From positions 32,001-96,000 of the forward strand of contig JANRIL010000005.1 of assembly GCA_033764955.1 (NCBI GenBank): 64,000 nt of DNA, in the 5' to 3' direction. The DNA comes from Cyanobacteriota bacterium (GTDB lineage: Bacteria > Cyanobacteriota > Cyanobacteriia > Thermostichales > Thermostichaceae). Made by a program: the position numbers and the translations under genes. Under the pieces are notes generated by a model. The model made no database searches. It was not told the DNA's origin and was given only the letters and a program-made list of their open reading frames with translations. Each line of letters begins with the position of its first letter. Within the stretch, counting starts at the first letter, position 1. Shown here piece by piece: positions 63,217 to 64,000 of this stretch.

Positions 63217-63394
63217 AGGCGGCTAGGGCATCCTCAGCGACAACACAACCAGTGGGAGCCAGAAACTTTGCCAATCCGCTTGGCTCGATCCGATTTCTCC
63301 TCCAACCATCTCTTATTCTAGGGGGGAGGGATCCCCTCGTCTCACTTCCCTGCCCAGCGATTTTTCCCAACCTGATTGTTGCGAGGAACGACTC

Positions 63395-63835
63395 ATGGCT
63401 GAATCATTCAATGTCGATACGGTGATGGAGGCCGTCTTGAGCAAGCTGCGTGCCTTGACCGAGACGGGACAAACCTTCGGGCAACCCATCACCATCGGCG
63501 ACACGATTATTGTTCCCTACATGTCCCTCTATTTTGGGTTGGGGGGTGGGGGCGGGGGGAACCTGGCGGAGAGCCGCGAGGCCAAACGACCTAGCCATAC
63601 CCTCTGGGGCGGAGCAGGGGGGGGGGTCAGAATCGAACCGATGGGTTTTTTGGTGGTGCGAGGGGAGAAAGTGGAGTTGCTCACCCTCCAGCCGCATCCC
63701 CAAAAGGAGAGCAAAACCGGACAGTGGAGCCAATTGGCTGACAGTGTATTGCCCCTTTTGCAACAATGGTTGGCCAGCCGCAGCGAGGCCAATGCAGGGT
63801 GGCAGGAGACCAACGGCAACCCTCCCTCTTCCTAA
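63395..63835 (+). CDS. GerW/YtfJ family protein
   Basis: FGQPI..GD..IVP....FG.GGGGG and GGAGGGV.IEP.GFLV. Confidence 0.75.
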   Translation: MAESFNVDTVMEAVLSKLRALTETGQTFGQPITIGDTIIVPYMSLYFGLGGGGGGNLAESREAKRPSHTLWGGAGGGVRIEPMGFLVVRGEKVELLTLQPHPQKESKTGQWSQLADSVLPLLQQWLASRSEANAGWQETNGNPPSS

Positions 63836-64000
63836 CGGGTTGGGGAAACAGTCCCTTTCACAGTTGGCTCAGGGATCCCTTGTCCACCCGCTTCTCAAAG
63901 AGCATCTCATAGGGTTGATATCCTACTTTTTGATAGAGCTGATTGGCTACCTGGTTATTGCAGAGGGATCCCACTCGAATTAGGGCTAGACCCCGATCCA

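Overview
Cyanobacterial chromosomal window. The backbone is saturated with the palindrome GGGATCCC, the HIP variant known from Thermostichus/Yellowstone-type Synechococcus. It carries housekeeping genes (RNase II/R, mlaFD, ubiX, ilvD, lgt, pyrH, hom, miaA, apt, pncB, dprA, dcd, rpiA), tRNA-Asp and tRNA-Leu. The main accessory element is a complete chromosomal integron (~21.3-32.5 kb) with intI, a candidate attI/Pc and about 7 minus-strand cassettes separated by recognisable attC sites. The attI-proximal cassette encodes a translationally coupled CARF-HEPN effector plus a minimal CRISPR polymerase (mCpol), a candidate CRISPR-independent cyclic-nucleotide anti-phage system. The second cassette is an IetAS-type AAA ATPase/S8 protease pair. 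Distal cassettes and attC sites are decaying. A second notable locus (47.9-54.4 kb) is a TerY-P-like phosphatase-kinase-vWA triad with an embedded nicotinamidase. It sits divergent from pncB, and both arms are preceded by NrtR-type palindromes. Also found are an unannotated 34-aa PetN-like ORF, an orphan attC-like remnant near the window start and a foreign-looking lone Ser/Thr kinase. All calls come from reading motifs by eye; no searches were run.
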